DNA of 64,000 bases from assembly GCA_030148505.1 (NCBI GenBank), contig JASBTI010000038.1:10704-74703 (forward strand), given 5' to 3'. Below, piece by piece: positions 33,437 through 42,727 of this stretch. A program made the position numbers and the translations under genes. Below the pieces are notes generated by a model, which saw only the letters and a program-made list of their open reading frames with translations, was not told the DNA's origin and did no database searches. The DNA is from Rhodanobacter sp. (GTDB taxonomy: Bacteria > Pseudomonadota > Gammaproteobacteria > Xanthomonadales > Rhodanobacteraceae). The stretch's first letter is position 1. Each line of letters starts with the position of its first letter.

Positions 33437-33874
33437 ATGGGTATCGCCGGGCTGTTCTTGCTGCTGGCAGCACTGGCGACCTGGTTGGTGTTGTTGCGCC
33501 GAAAGCAATCACACCAGACGCGCCACCTTCGGCAACTGCTGGATCTGGCGGACCGACTGGAAGCGGATCTGAAAACCTGCAGACGCGGCCTGCAGCAGGC
33601 GCACGCCGTCATGTCCCTCAACCCGGACCTGCCTGCCACCAGCGAACAGGACGCACGGCACGCGGTCGACGGGGGACTGCGGGCCTTGCTGCAGCAGCGC
33701 ATGTGGATCCGCGACCGGTCCGGCCAGGCAAATTCGCATGAACTCGCCGAAGCTACGCAATCCATGCACCGTGCGCGCGAACGCCTGCAGCCCCTGTTGC
33801 TGGCACTGTCCCAGGCACAACAGGATCTGGACAGCGCCATGCGCGAACACATCAACCGCGAAACCAGCGCATGA
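33437..33874 (+). CDS. hypothetical membrane-anchored coiled-coil protein
   Basis: The preferred start MGIAGLFLLLAALATWLVLL gives one TM segment plus an Arg/Leu/Gln-rich helical region. The stop overlaps the maf ATG (ATGA). I recognise no family. The tracked ORF starts at 33350. Confidence 0.5.
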   Translation: MGIAGLFLLLAALATWLVLLRRKQSHQTRHLRQLLDLADRLEADLKTCRRGLQQAHAVMSLNPDLPATSEQDARHAVDGGLRALLQQRMWIRDRSGQANSHELAEATQSMHRARERLQPLLLALSQAQQDLDSAMREHINRETSA

Positions 33875-34470
33875 GCCAAACACAACGTCCCTCGGTCCCG
33901 CTGGTGCTTGCCTCCACCTCACACTACCGCACGATGCTGCTGCGCCGTCTGGTGGCCACATTTGAACAGCAAGCTCCCGGCACTGACGAAAGCGCGCTTG
34001 CCACCGAAGCCCCCGCGTCCCGAGCACTGCGACTGGCCATCGGCAAAGCTGAGGGCGCAGCGAAAGGCCGGCAAGACGCGTTGGTAATCGGCTCGGACCA
34101 GGTTGCCGAGCTTGACGACATGGTGCTCGACAAGCCCGGCACGCCAGCGCGAGCCCGCCAGCAGCTTGCGGCCTGTTCGGGACGAGTCGTGCGGTTCCAT
34201 ACCGCGCTTTGTCTTCTGGATACCCGCGACGGACGCCGACATACCCATCTCGACCAAACCTGCGTGCACTTTCGTCCCCTCGATGCGAGCGAAATCGAAC
34301 GCTACGTCGAGCGTGAGCAACCGCTGGACTGCGCGGGAAGTTTCAAGTGTGAAGGGCTCGGCATCAGCTTGTTCGAACGCATCGACAGCACCGACCCGAC
34401 GGCACTTGTGGGGTTGCCGCTGATTGCGTTGGCCACGCTGCTGCGTTCGTGCGGGGTCGCCATACCTTGA
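33871..34470 (+). CDS. yceF: Maf-like nucleoside triphosphate pyrophosphatase (YceF type)
   Basis: 199-aa Maf family protein (VLASTSHYRTMLLRRL...GSDQV...GSFKCEGLG). It is divergent from yceD-rpmF as in E. coli. Confidence 0.85.
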   Translation: MSQTQRPSVPLVLASTSHYRTMLLRRLVATFEQQAPGTDESALATEAPASRALRLAIGKAEGAAKGRQDALVIGSDQVAELDDMVLDKPGTPARARQQLAACSGRVVRFHTALCLLDTRDGRRHTHLDQTCVHFRPLDASEIERYVEREQPLDCAGSFKCEGLGISLFERIDSTDPTALVGLPLIALATLLRSCGVAIP

Positions 34471-34598
34471 GCGGCGGCTACCGAGGGCTCGTCCCCCGAT
34501 TCGCCAACTCGCTTTCGCCAACGCCCCAAAGGCCCCGCTACACTGACTCGGCGAAGTCGTCAGCCGGTTCCCGTCACGCGCGATGATCACGAGAAACC

Positions 34599-35540
34599 AT
34601 GTCAGCCACTATCCCGTTACGCGACGAACATCTGTCACAACGCCTTGCTGCCGCCATCGACCAAGTCAACCAGGTCGTGCTCGGCAAGCCACATCAGGTC
34701 AAGCTCGCCTTCGCCTGCCTGATCGCCGGCGGCCATTTGCTGCTGGAGGACGTTCCCGGCGTCGGCAAGACCACCCTGGCGCATGCGCTGGCCTCTACCT
34801 TCGCCCTGGCGTTCCAGAGAGTGCAGTTCACTAGCGACCTGTTGCCCTCGGACATCATCGGTGTAAGCGTCTACGAACGCGAAACCAGTCAGTTCCGTTT
34901 TCATCCTGGACCCATCTTCACCGGCCTGCTGCTGGCTGACGAGATCAACCGTGCGAGTCCGAAAACGCAGAGTGCGCTGTTGGAGGCTATGGCGGAGTAT
35001 CAGGTCACCGTGGACGGACAAACCCATGCCCTGGCACCGCCGTTTTTCGTCGTCGCCACCCAGAACCCGCTCGACCTCAGCGGCACGTTTCCCCTGCCGG
35101 ACTCCCAACTGGACCGGTTCATGTTGCGGCTATCACTTGATTACCCGGATGCCGCCGCCGAACGAGCTCTCCTCAGCGGCAGCGACCGACGCGACCTGCT
35201 GGCCCGACTGACGCCACAAATCGACGCGCAGTCATTGACCGCGCTGCATAGCAAGGCTCAGGCGATTACCGCCAGCAGCGCCCTGCTCGACTACCTGCAG
35301 GCTTTGCTCTGCGCCAGCCGGCGACACCGGGATATCCAGGTCGGGCTGTCGCCGCGGGCCGGACTGGCCCTGCTCGGTGCCGCGCGCGCCTGGGCCTTGC
35401 TCAGCGGCCGTGCACATGTACTTCCGGAGGATATCCAGGCGTTGTTTGTGGCCCTGGCAGCCCATCGACTGCGCCCCGTTCGCGGTACCGACGGCGATAC
35501 GCTTGCACGGCAGCTGCTGGCCGAGGTCGCGGTGGATTGA
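34599..35540 (+). CDS. MoxR-family AAA+ ATPase
   Basis: 313 aa with Walker A (EDVPGVGKTTLA) and Walker B (LLADEINRASPKTQSALLEAM). Confidence 0.9.
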   Translation: MSATIPLRDEHLSQRLAAAIDQVNQVVLGKPHQVKLAFACLIAGGHLLLEDVPGVGKTTLAHALASTFALAFQRVQFTSDLLPSDIIGVSVYERETSQFRFHPGPIFTGLLLADEINRASPKTQSALLEAMAEYQVTVDGQTHALAPPFFVVATQNPLDLSGTFPLPDSQLDRFMLRLSLDYPDAAAERALLSGSDRRDLLARLTPQIDAQSLTALHSKAQAITASSALLDYLQALLCASRRHRDIQVGLSPRAGLALLGAARAWALLSGRAHVLPEDIQALFVALAAHRLRPVRGTDGDTLARQLLAEVAVD

Positions 35541-36493
35541 TGCGTAACCTGCTGCAGCGCCTGTACCAGCGCGCCGAGCGGAGGCTGCCCGCGTTGACCC
35601 GCTACCGTCGTCCCGAAAATTTGCCCATCGAGCTGCATCGACGCCGCATCTATATCGTGCCGACGCGGTTCGGGCTCGGCTTTTCCCTCCTGCTGATGAT
35701 CATGCTGGTCGGCGCCCTGAACTACGGCAACAATGCCGCGCTGCTGCTGACCAGCCTGCTGGGTGCCGCCAGCGCCACCAGCATGCTGGTCACCTTTCGC
35801 AACCTGAACGGCCTTCGCCTGAGTCATATCCGGGCCGGCCATGCGATTGCCGGCAGTCCGCTGGAAATCGCCCTGACTTTCGAGGCAGACCGTGTGCGTC
35901 AGGCCATCCGTCTCGACCTGGGTGAGCAGTCGGCAGCATTCGCCCTGACCGCAAGCGGCACAACGCGCCTGCAGATGACACTACCCACCCGCCAGCGCGG
36001 CTGGCAGCCGTTGCCACGATTGCGCCTGTGGAGCAGCTGGCCGCTGGGCTTGTTTCGCGCATGGAGCTGGCTGCATCCGGATCAAGCCGTCCTGGTGTGG
36101 CCGCGTGCGGAATCCGCAGGGCCGCCGCCACGCGCGCCGGCGGACGACGCCCGGCAACGGCGTCGGTATCACGGCGACGAGCTGGCCACCTTGCGCGACT
36201 ACCGGGTCGGCGACCCGCAACGGCACATCGCATGGAAGGCCAGCGCACGCCATCCCGACCTCATGGTCAAGGACTTCGAGCAACCGCGAAGCCGCCCGCA
36301 ATGGCGGCTCGACTGGCGCCAGCTGCCCCGGCTGGACAACGAGGCACGCATCGCGCGCCTGGCGCGCTGGGTGGACGAGGCAAGAGCGCAGCAATGCAGT
36401 TACAGCCTGTGGCTTCCCGGAAGCGACATCGCGGCGGGCAACGGGCCGCTGCACCATGTGCACTGCATGAACGCGCTGGCGCAATTGCCGTGA
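35537..36493 (+). CDS. DUF58 domain-containing protein
   Basis: 318 aa with the DUF58 core LRDYRVGDPQRHIAWKASAR. The start has an ATGA overlap with the moxR stop. Confidence 0.85.
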   Translation: MMRNLLQRLYQRAERRLPALTRYRRPENLPIELHRRRIYIVPTRFGLGFSLLLMIMLVGALNYGNNAALLLTSLLGAASATSMLVTFRNLNGLRLSHIRAGHAIAGSPLEIALTFEADRVRQAIRLDLGEQSAAFALTASGTTRLQMTLPTRQRGWQPLPRLRLWSSWPLGLFRAWSWLHPDQAVLVWPRAESAGPPPRAPADDARQRRRYHGDELATLRDYRVGDPQRHIAWKASARHPDLMVKDFEQPRSRPQWRLDWRQLPRLDNEARIARLARWVDEARAQQCSYSLWLPGSDIAAGNGPLHHVHCMNALAQLP

Positions 36494-38469
36494 AGCCGTC
36501 GACACGATCCGGAAAGCCGGTGCCGCAGGCGGTCGACCACCGCGCTTTCGACCTGCTCAGCCTGACCATGACGATGGTGTTGGCACTGCATGCACCGCAT
36601 CTGCCCTGGTGGCTGACCGCGGCGCTGGCCGCGACACTGGGCTGGCGCTGGTGGCAGCGACGCCAGCGCGCAGGCCGCGTGCCACGCTGGCTGAAACTGC
36701 CGTTGCTGGTGTTGCTGACACTTTCGGTCATCGCCAGCTACGGCAGCATCTTCGGTCGCGCACCGGGCTCGGCGCTGGCGGTCGGCCTGCTGGTGCTTAA
36801 ACTGCTGGAGAGCGAAACCGCCCGCGATGTCCGCGTCGGCGTCGGTTTCGCCTGTTTCGCGCTGATGGCGGCATTGTTGTTCGATCAGGGATTGCTGGTT
36901 ACCGTGATGGTGGCCCTTGGCCTGTTGCCGGCCTTGGCCACCTTGCGTGCGCTGGAGCCGGCCGCGCTGGAAACCACGCTACCCGTCGCGCTGCGCAACA
37001 ATCTGGGTCTGCTGGCGGCGGCCACCCCGCTGGCCTTGCTGGCTTTTTTGCTGGTGCCACGACTGAGCACACCACTATGGGGTGCCCCCGCTGCCGATCA
37101 GGCACGTACCGGATTGAGCGACAGCATGTCGCCCGGCGACTTCACCGAGCTGTTGGTCGACGACCATCCCGCCATGCGGGTCAGCTTCGATGGCATACCG
37201 CCACCACCCAACCTGCGCTACTTTCGCGCCTACGTGATGTGGGATTACGACGGTCGCAGCTGGCGCCACATCGATCCCCGACATCGCGCCCGAAGGGCGA
37301 TGGCCGCGATCGACGCCAGCAGCGCGATAAGCTATCGAATCAGTCTCGAGCCAACCCATCAACGGGTGCTGCCCACGCTTGACGTGCCGCTCCAGGCACC
37401 GTCTCACGCGCGGCTGCAACCCGACCGCGAAGTCCTGGCCGACAAGCCGGTCACTCATCCGCTGCACTATCAGCTGCGTTCAGCCCTGCACTACCGTCTG
37501 CAACCGCTTCTGGACACACGCTCCCGGCGCCTGGGCCTGCAATTACCGTCCGGATTCAATCCACGCAGCCGGGCGCTGGCCGAGCAGTGGCGGCAACGCT
37601 ATGGCAACGACGACGGGGCAATCGTGCGGGCAGCCCTGTCGCTGTTCCACGACGGCGGCTTTCGTTACACCCTGAGCCCCGCTCCGCTGGGCCGCAATGC
37701 CGTGGATGACTTCCTATTCTCCACCCGTGAGGGCTTCTGCGAACACTACGCATCGGCATTTACCGTACTGATGCGCGAGGCCGGCATTCCGGCGCGGGTC
37801 GTCACCGGCTTTCAGGGCGGCTACTGGAATGCCATGGGTAACTACCTGCTGGTGCGCTATTCCGATGCCCATGCGTGGAGCGAGGTCTGGCTCGCAGGGC
37901 GCGGCTGGGTACGCGTCGATCCCACCGCTGCGGTGCGCCCGGAACGGGTAACCCTGGGTGCCGCAGCCGCGGCCGGCGATCAGCTGCCGTGGTATCGCCG
38001 CGACTGGCTGCAAGAAGCACAAAATCGCTGGGACATTGTCAACCGATGGTGGAATCAAGGCGTTGTCGGCTTCAACGCACTGCGTCAGCGCGGCCTGCTT
38101 ACCCCGTTTGGACTCCGTGATACCGACACCACCATGCTGGGTGTGCTGCTGGCCCTGTGCAGCATCGTGTTCATCGCCATCGGAATGGCTTGGGCGCTGT
38201 TGCAGAGGGAGCCGCACGACCCTTTACGGGCTGCGTTGCGCGAACTTGAGCGCAAACTGGCACGGCAAGGCGTCACGCGCCGGATTGGCGAAGGGCCGCA
38301 GAACTACCTCCGTCGTGCCGCGCGCGCCCTGCCAGCCTGCCGCGAGCAACTTGCCCAGTTGATGAAGTCTTATCTGCAATTACGCTACGCTCATGACCAA
38401 CCCCCTACTGAACCGCTACGTGCCTTTCAACGCGCGGTACGGAATTTTCGGGTCATTCGTGTGGTCTGA
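36490..38469 (+). CDS. transglutaminase-domain membrane protein (TgpA-like)
   Basis: The GTG at 36490 overlaps the DUF58 stop (GTGA). The protein has N-terminal multi-TM segments and a transglutaminase core (FCEHYASAF...DAHAWSEVW...VRVDPT). The tracked ORF start at 36028 lies inside the DUF58 gene. Confidence 0.85.
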   Translation: MKPSTRSGKPVPQAVDHRAFDLLSLTMTMVLALHAPHLPWWLTAALAATLGWRWWQRRQRAGRVPRWLKLPLLVLLTLSVIASYGSIFGRAPGSALAVGLLVLKLLESETARDVRVGVGFACFALMAALLFDQGLLVTVMVALGLLPALATLRALEPAALETTLPVALRNNLGLLAAATPLALLAFLLVPRLSTPLWGAPAADQARTGLSDSMSPGDFTELLVDDHPAMRVSFDGIPPPPNLRYFRAYVMWDYDGRSWRHIDPRHRARRAMAAIDASSAISYRISLEPTHQRVLPTLDVPLQAPSHARLQPDREVLADKPVTHPLHYQLRSALHYRLQPLLDTRSRRLGLQLPSGFNPRSRALAEQWRQRYGNDDGAIVRAALSLFHDGGFRYTLSPAPLGRNAVDDFLFSTREGFCEHYASAFTVLMREAGIPARVVTGFQGGYWNAMGNYLLVRYSDAHAWSEVWLAGRGWVRVDPTAAVRPERVTLGAAAAAGDQLPWYRRDWLQEAQNRWDIVNRWWNQGVVGFNALRQRGLLTPFGLRDTDTTMLGVLLALCSIVFIAIGMAWALLQREPHDPLRAALRELERKLARQGVTRRIGEGPQNYLRRAARALPACREQLAQLMKSYLQLRYAHDQPPTEPLRAFQRAVRNFRVIRVV

Positions 38470-38519
38470 TTAATGTTGACGCAACGGCGGGTGCCGTTGC
38501 CCCTGATGGAGAAGCCGCC

Positions 38520-39113
38520 ATGTCCCTGTACCGCCCGCTCGCCCTTGCTGCAGCCATCGCCCTCCTGGGCGGGTGCGCGACCATACCCCAACCGCTGCAA
38601 GGCACCTACACGAATATTTCCACCGCCAGCGCGCAGCAAGGCGGCGTCGGTGGCTCACGTGTGCGGTGGGGGGGTGAAATCATCAAGACCGAACCGGGCC
38701 CGCAGCAAACCTGCTTCTACCTTCTTTCACGTCCGCTGGACAGTCAGGCTCGTCCTGAAAGAGGTGCCTCCGGTCAGGACCAGGGGCGTTTCGTCGCCTG
38801 CCGTGACGGCTTCTACGATCCTGAAGTTTTCACGCGTGGCCGCCTGCTGACGGTCACCGGCACCCTGCACGGCACGGTATCGGAAAAAGTTGGCAAGTAT
38901 GACTATGCCTATCCCCGCGTTGAAGCCGACGTCGTCTACCTGTGGCCAAAACGGCAGGTCTACACTCGGTATCCTGCGCCTTTCTATGATCCGTTCTGGG
39001 GACCGAGCTATTACGGACCGTGGGCCGGACCGTACTGGGGCAATCCCTACTGGGGTGGCGTCTACGGTGGCGGCGTGATCCTGGTGCCCGCCGGTGATGG
39101 CGACGGGGACTGA
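38520..39113 (+). CDS. slp: Slp family outer-membrane lipoprotein
   Basis: Has a lipobox (LALAAAIALLGGC) and an Slp-like core (VRWGGEII...FYLL...GRF...YDP..F..G..LTV.G). A C-terminal Tyr/Trp/Gly/Pro-rich tail is present. Confidence 0.8.
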   Translation: MSLYRPLALAAAIALLGGCATIPQPLQGTYTNISTASAQQGGVGGSRVRWGGEIIKTEPGPQQTCFYLLSRPLDSQARPERGASGQDQGRFVACRDGFYDPEVFTRGRLLTVTGTLHGTVSEKVGKYDYAYPRVEADVVYLWPKRQVYTRYPAPFYDPFWGPSYYGPWAGPYWGNPYWGGVYGGGVILVPAGDGDGD

Positions 39114-39134
39114 TCGGTCCGAACGCGCAACGAG

Positions 39135-39169
39135 CATGAAAACGGCGATCCCTGATCGCCGTTTTCATG
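39135..39169. terminator. bidirectional hairpin terminator between slp and the HIT gene
   Basis: Perfect 16-bp inverted repeat CATGAAAACGGCGATC-cct-GATCGCCGTTTTCATG with A/T runs on both flanks. It lies between convergent genes. Confidence 0.75.
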
Positions 39170-39195
39170 CCGTACCTCACCTTACCGCATTGTCG

Positions 39196-39540
39196 TCACC
39201 CTGGCGGCCAGTGCATACGACGTCCGGCCAGCAAATGCACATGCAAATGGAAGACCGTCTGCCCACCGTGCTCATTGCAATTGATTACCGTGCGATACCC
39301 CGACTCCGCAAAACCTTCCTTTCGGGCATACGCTGAAGCCGCCAGCAACAATCGACCGAGCAATTCGGCGTCCGACGCGGCGGCATCGTTGAGCGTCGCC
39401 AGCGGACGCTTGGGTATGAACAACACATGCACCGGCGCCTGCGGGTTGAGGTCACGAAAAGCCAGGACGTCGTCATCCTCGTAGACAATATCGGCTGGAA
39501 TTTCGCGGCGGATGATCTTGCTGAAAATCGTGTCGCTCAT
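39196..39540 (-). CDS. histidine triad (HIT) nucleotide-binding protein
   Basis: 114 aa with the HIT motif HLHVHLL; HinT-like. Confidence 0.9.
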   Translation of the reverse strand: MSDTIFSKIIRREIPADIVYEDDDVLAFRDLNPQAPVHVLFIPKRPLATLNDAAASDAELLGRLLLAASAYARKEGFAESGYRTVINCNEHGGQTVFHLHVHLLAGRRMHWPPG

Positions 39541-39561
39541 GATTGCCTCGCTCGTTGCGGA

Positions 39562-40161
39562 TCAATCCACCAGTTGGCGGCTGCCAAAAGCATGGGCTAG
39601 CGTACTGCGGTCGACGTACTCCAGCTCACCGCCGAGCGGAACGCCATGTGCGAGACGCGTCGGGCGTACGCCGCCGGCGCGGGCCAACTGAGCCAGATAG
39701 TGTGCGGTTGCCTCCCCCTCCACCGTGGGATTGGTGGCGATGATGAGTTCTTCGACCTCACCCTCCCCGAGTCGTCCGGTGAGCTGCGACAGACCGAGCT
39801 CTTCCGGGCCCATGCCATCCAGCGGCGACAATCTTCCCATCAAGACGAAATACTGGCCACGATAGCCGGTCGCCTGCTCGATCGCGGCCAGGTCGGTCGG
39901 CGACTCCACTACGCAAAGCACCCGCCGATCGCGACCACTGCTGGTGCACAGCGGACACCAAGGTTCTTCGCTGAAGTTGCGACACTGCTGGCAACGACCG
40001 ATACGCTGCATCGCCTGCTCCAGCACTGCCGCCAGCTTCAGCCCGCGATCACGGTCCCGCTCCAGCAAATGGAAAGCCATGCGCTGCGCACTCTTGCCAC
40101 CCACACCGGGCAGACAGCGCAGTGCCTCGATCAATTCGCCCAGAAGAGGTGTACCGCCCAT
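39562..40161 (-). CDS. recR: recombination protein RecR
   Basis: RecR N-terminus ([24 protein letters not shown]), a C4 zinc finger (CQQCRN...CPLC) and a Toprim region. The ATG at 40161 overlaps the ybaB stop; the tracked start at 40164 is a TTG. Confidence 0.94.
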   Translation of the reverse strand: MGGTPLLGELIEALRCLPGVGGKSAQRMAFHLLERDRDRGLKLAAVLEQAMQRIGRCQQCRNFSEEPWCPLCTSSGRDRRVLCVVESPTDLAAIEQATGYRGQYFVLMGRLSPLDGMGPEELGLSQLTGRLGEGEVEELIIATNPTVEGEATAHYLAQLARAGGVRPTRLAHGVPLGGELEYVDRSTLAHAFGSRQLVD

Positions 40162-40487
40162 CAAAATGGCATCTTGAAGCCCGCCGGAAGATTCAAGCCG
40201 GCCGTAACACCTCCAAGCCGGTCCTTGCTCGCCTCGGCCACCTTGTTGACCGCATCGTTGACCGCGGCGGCCACCAGGTCCTCGGCCATCTCCGGGTCGT
40301 CGGCAAAGGTCTGCCGATCGATCTGCACGCGGCGTACTTCATGAGCACCGGTCATCACCACGTTGACCAAGCCACCACCGGCACTGCCGGTAACTTCCAG
40401 CTTGGCGATTTCCTCCTGCGCACGCTTCATGTCCTCCTGCATGCGCTGGGCTTGTTGCATCAACTGACCGATCTGGCCTTTCATCAT
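40161..40487 (-). CDS. ybaB: YbaB/EbfC nucleoid-associated protein
   Basis: 108 aa ([26 protein letters not shown]...) in the dnaX-ybaB-recR arrangement. Confidence 0.93.
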   Translation of the reverse strand: MMKGQIGQLMQQAQRMQEDMKRAQEEIAKLEVTGSAGGGLVNVVMTGAHEVRRVQIDRQTFADDPEMAEDLVAAAVNDAVNKVAEASKDRLGGVTAGLNLPAGFKMPF

Positions 40488-42163
40488 CTGACTCCGGGTT
40501 CACTCGCTAGGGGTTTGACCGATTGCGGCACTACCTGGGCACCGAATTCGCGCTTGAGGGATTGCACCAGCGGGTCGTTCTCGATCGATTGCTCGGCCGC
40601 CGATTGCGCCGCATCACGGGACTTCGCCGCACGCGCCGCCGGGGTCTGTGTCTGCGCATGCTGATCGGCGCTGACAAATCGCAGCCGGATGCGCTCACCC
40701 AGAACCTGCCCGAGGCGTTCCTCCATCTGGCTGACCATGGGTTCCACCGCCAGACTCATGTGTGCAGGTTGCAGCGCCAGCACCAGGGTCTGGCCATCGC
40801 GCTCTCGCAACACGGCGTTCTGCGCCAGCAAGCCAAACGGTCCGCGCAGACCGGCGCGTTCGATCAGCACCTCCCATGCCGGCAAGCTATCTGCCGGCTT
40901 CTTCGGGAGCGCTTCCGGCGCCGCTGCCGCAGCCTGAGAGCGAGCCGGGGTGGCAGCCGCGACACCCGGTGTCTCGTGAGGTGCCGCCTGCGCCCGCCTG
41001 GCGACCGCCGGTGGCGAAATGGGCACGCTAGCTGCTCGTTTTTCCGACACCGAGCCCCGTGGCGGCAGCGACGAACCGTCGTCGGGGCGAAATGCCAGCA
41101 TCCGCAGCAAGGTCATCTCGAATCCGGTGCGCGCGTCGGGAGCCAAGGTCAGGTCGCGGCGACCGGTGGTGGCGATCTGGTAATAAAGCTGCACATCTTC
41201 CGCTGCCATCCTCTCGGCCAGCATGCCGAATGCATGGTCATCGGCTTCCTGCTCAGGCCGGTAGCCGGGTATCAACTGGATCAATTGCAGGCGATGCAGC
41301 ACGCTGGCCAGGTCATCCAGCACACTGCCGAAATCCGGTGAATACGAGGCAATCTTCGTGCATTCGGCCAGCAGTCGCTCACCATCGCCAGCCGCCAACG
41401 CATCGAGCACACCGAGCACCTGCCCGCGCGCGACGCTGCCCAACATGGTGAGCACGTCACCGGCATGAAGTGCGCCGCCACCGTAGGCGATCGCCTGGTC
41501 AAGCAGCGACAGGCCATCGCGCAACGAACCGTCGGCAGCGCGTGCCAGCTCACTGATCGCACTGTCTTCGTAGGCAATATTTTCTGCGCCGAGAATGTGC
41601 CGCATCTGGCCGGAGATTTGATCAGGCAACAGCCGTTTCAGATTGAACTTGAGGCAGCGCGACAACACCGTCACCGGCAATTTCTGCGGATCGGTGGTAG
41701 CCAGCAGAAACTTCACGTGCGGCGGAGGTTCTTCCAGCGTCTTCAACAGCGCGTTGAACGCGTTTTTGGACAGCATGTGCACCTCATCGACCAGGTACAC
41801 CTTGAAGCGTCCCCGCGACGGGGCGTACTGCGCGTTCTCGATCACCTCGCGCACATCGTCCACGCCGGTATTGCTGGCTGCATCGATCTCCAGCAGGTCG
41901 ACAAAGCGTCCGTCATCCACCGCGGTGCATACCGAGCACTCGCCACAGGGGTCGGCAGACTGGCCGCGTTCGCAGTTTAACGATTTTGCGAAGATCCGCG
42001 CGATGGTGGTCTTGCCAACGCCCCGGGTGCCGGTGAACAGGTAGGCATGATGCATGCGGCCGGTGTCCAGCGCATTGGTAAGCGCGCGCACCACATGCTC
42101 CTGGCCCACCAGTTCGGCAAATTTACGCGGCCGCCATTTGCGTGCGAGTACCTGATAAGACAT
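40484..42163 (-). CDS. dnaX: DNA polymerase III subunit tau/gamma
   Basis: 559 aa starting MSYQVLARKWRPRKFAELVGQEHV, with Walker A (GTRGVGKTT) and a zinc module (CGECSVC). Confidence 0.96.
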   Translation of the reverse strand: MSYQVLARKWRPRKFAELVGQEHVVRALTNALDTGRMHHAYLFTGTRGVGKTTIARIFAKSLNCERGQSADPCGECSVCTAVDDGRFVDLLEIDAASNTGVDDVREVIENAQYAPSRGRFKVYLVDEVHMLSKNAFNALLKTLEEPPPHVKFLLATTDPQKLPVTVLSRCLKFNLKRLLPDQISGQMRHILGAENIAYEDSAISELARAADGSLRDGLSLLDQAIAYGGGALHAGDVLTMLGSVARGQVLGVLDALAAGDGERLLAECTKIASYSPDFGSVLDDLASVLHRLQLIQLIPGYRPEQEADDHAFGMLAERMAAEDVQLYYQIATTGRRDLTLAPDARTGFEMTLLRMLAFRPDDGSSLPPRGSVSEKRAASVPISPPAVARRAQAAPHETPGVAAATPARSQAAAAAPEALPKKPADSLPAWEVLIERAGLRGPFGLLAQNAVLRERDGQTLVLALQPAHMSLAVEPMVSQMEERLGQVLGERIRLRFVSADQHAQTQTPAARAAKSRDAAQSAAEQSIENDPLVQSLKREFGAQVVPQSVKPLASEPGVR

Positions 42164-42215
42164 GGGCTACTACCTTGGGGCGAACCCTGATTGTGCCAAG
42201 TCGGCAACGATTCCG

Positions 42216-42241
42216 GTAGGAGCGACCTCGGTCGCTCCCGC
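42216..42241. repeat. REP-like palindromic element (GTAGGAGCG class)
   Basis: GTAGGAGCGACctcgGTCGCTCCCGC with an 8-bp stem, lying between ffs and dnaX. It shares the GTAGGAGCG head with the element at 45308. Confidence 0.5.
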
Positions 42242-42261
42242 AAGGCGGCCCCCGAAAAGGC

Positions 42262-42371
42262 GGCAGCCCCGCCAGCCACACCCCGGCACCCGAATCATTC
42301 GCTACCGTTGCTTCCTTCCGGACCTGGCGGAGTTTGCGAACTATCGTCGCGGGGGGACCGACGGGGCCACC
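42262..42371 (-). ncRNA. ffs: signal recognition particle RNA (4.5S type)
   Basis: The minus strand contains the conserved domain IV core CCAGGTCCGGAAGGAAGCAAC. The 5' GGTGGCCCCG and 3' CGGGGCTGCC termini pair (with G:U pairs) to close the helix. The gene lies upstream of dnaX, a common arrangement. Ends are approximate to within a few nt. Confidence 0.85.
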
Positions 42372-42417
42372 ATAGACGCGGGCTATCGAGCCCTGAAACT
42401 GTTTGGAACCTGCAAGT

Positions 42418-42507
42418 TGGCGGAGAGAGCGGGATTCGAACCCGCGATACGTTTTACCGTATACACACTTTCCAGGCGTGCTCCTTCAACCACTCGGACA
42501 CCTCTCC
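42418..42507 (-). tRNA. tRNA-Ser (GGA)
   Basis: The reverse complement reads GGAGAGGTGTCCGAGTGGTTGAAGGAGCACGCCTGGAAAGTGTGTATACGGTAAAACGTATCGCGGGTTCGAATCCCGCTCTCTCCGCCA. It has a long variable arm, the anticodon loop CUGGAAA and an encoded CCA. Confidence 0.93.
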
Positions 42508-42564
42508 ACTTTTACTTGCAATCACGCGAACAACGGCTGTCCAAATTCGTTCCAGACGAATTTG

Positions 42565-42636
42565 TCGAACCCGCGATACGTTTTACCGTATACGCACTTT
42601 CCAGGCGTGCTCCTTCAACCACTCGGACACCTCTGC
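42565..42636 (-). pseudogene. truncated tRNA-Ser(GGA) copy (5' part only)
   Basis: 72 nt identical to tRNA-Ser positions 1 to mid T-loop except for two substitutions: G2 to C, and T to C creating an A:C mismatch in the anticodon stem. The 3' T-stem and acceptor strand are missing. It lies 57 nt upstream of the intact gene. Confidence 0.8.
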
Positions 42637-42727
42637 GCATGAAACTCCCATTGCAGGCACTCGCGCCGAGCAAAGAAGCGGAAGGATAGCGGCAGGCCTG
42701 GATACAGGCAAGCGAATGTCGCGTGAT

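Noticed and set aside
40484-42163. Programmed -1 frameshift site in dnaX (tau/gamma), as in E. coli.
   Set aside because: I looked for an A AAA AAG-type slippery heptamer on the coding strand. I saw only GGAAAAACG near 41040, with no obvious downstream stem-loop, so a frameshift is not supported from sequence.
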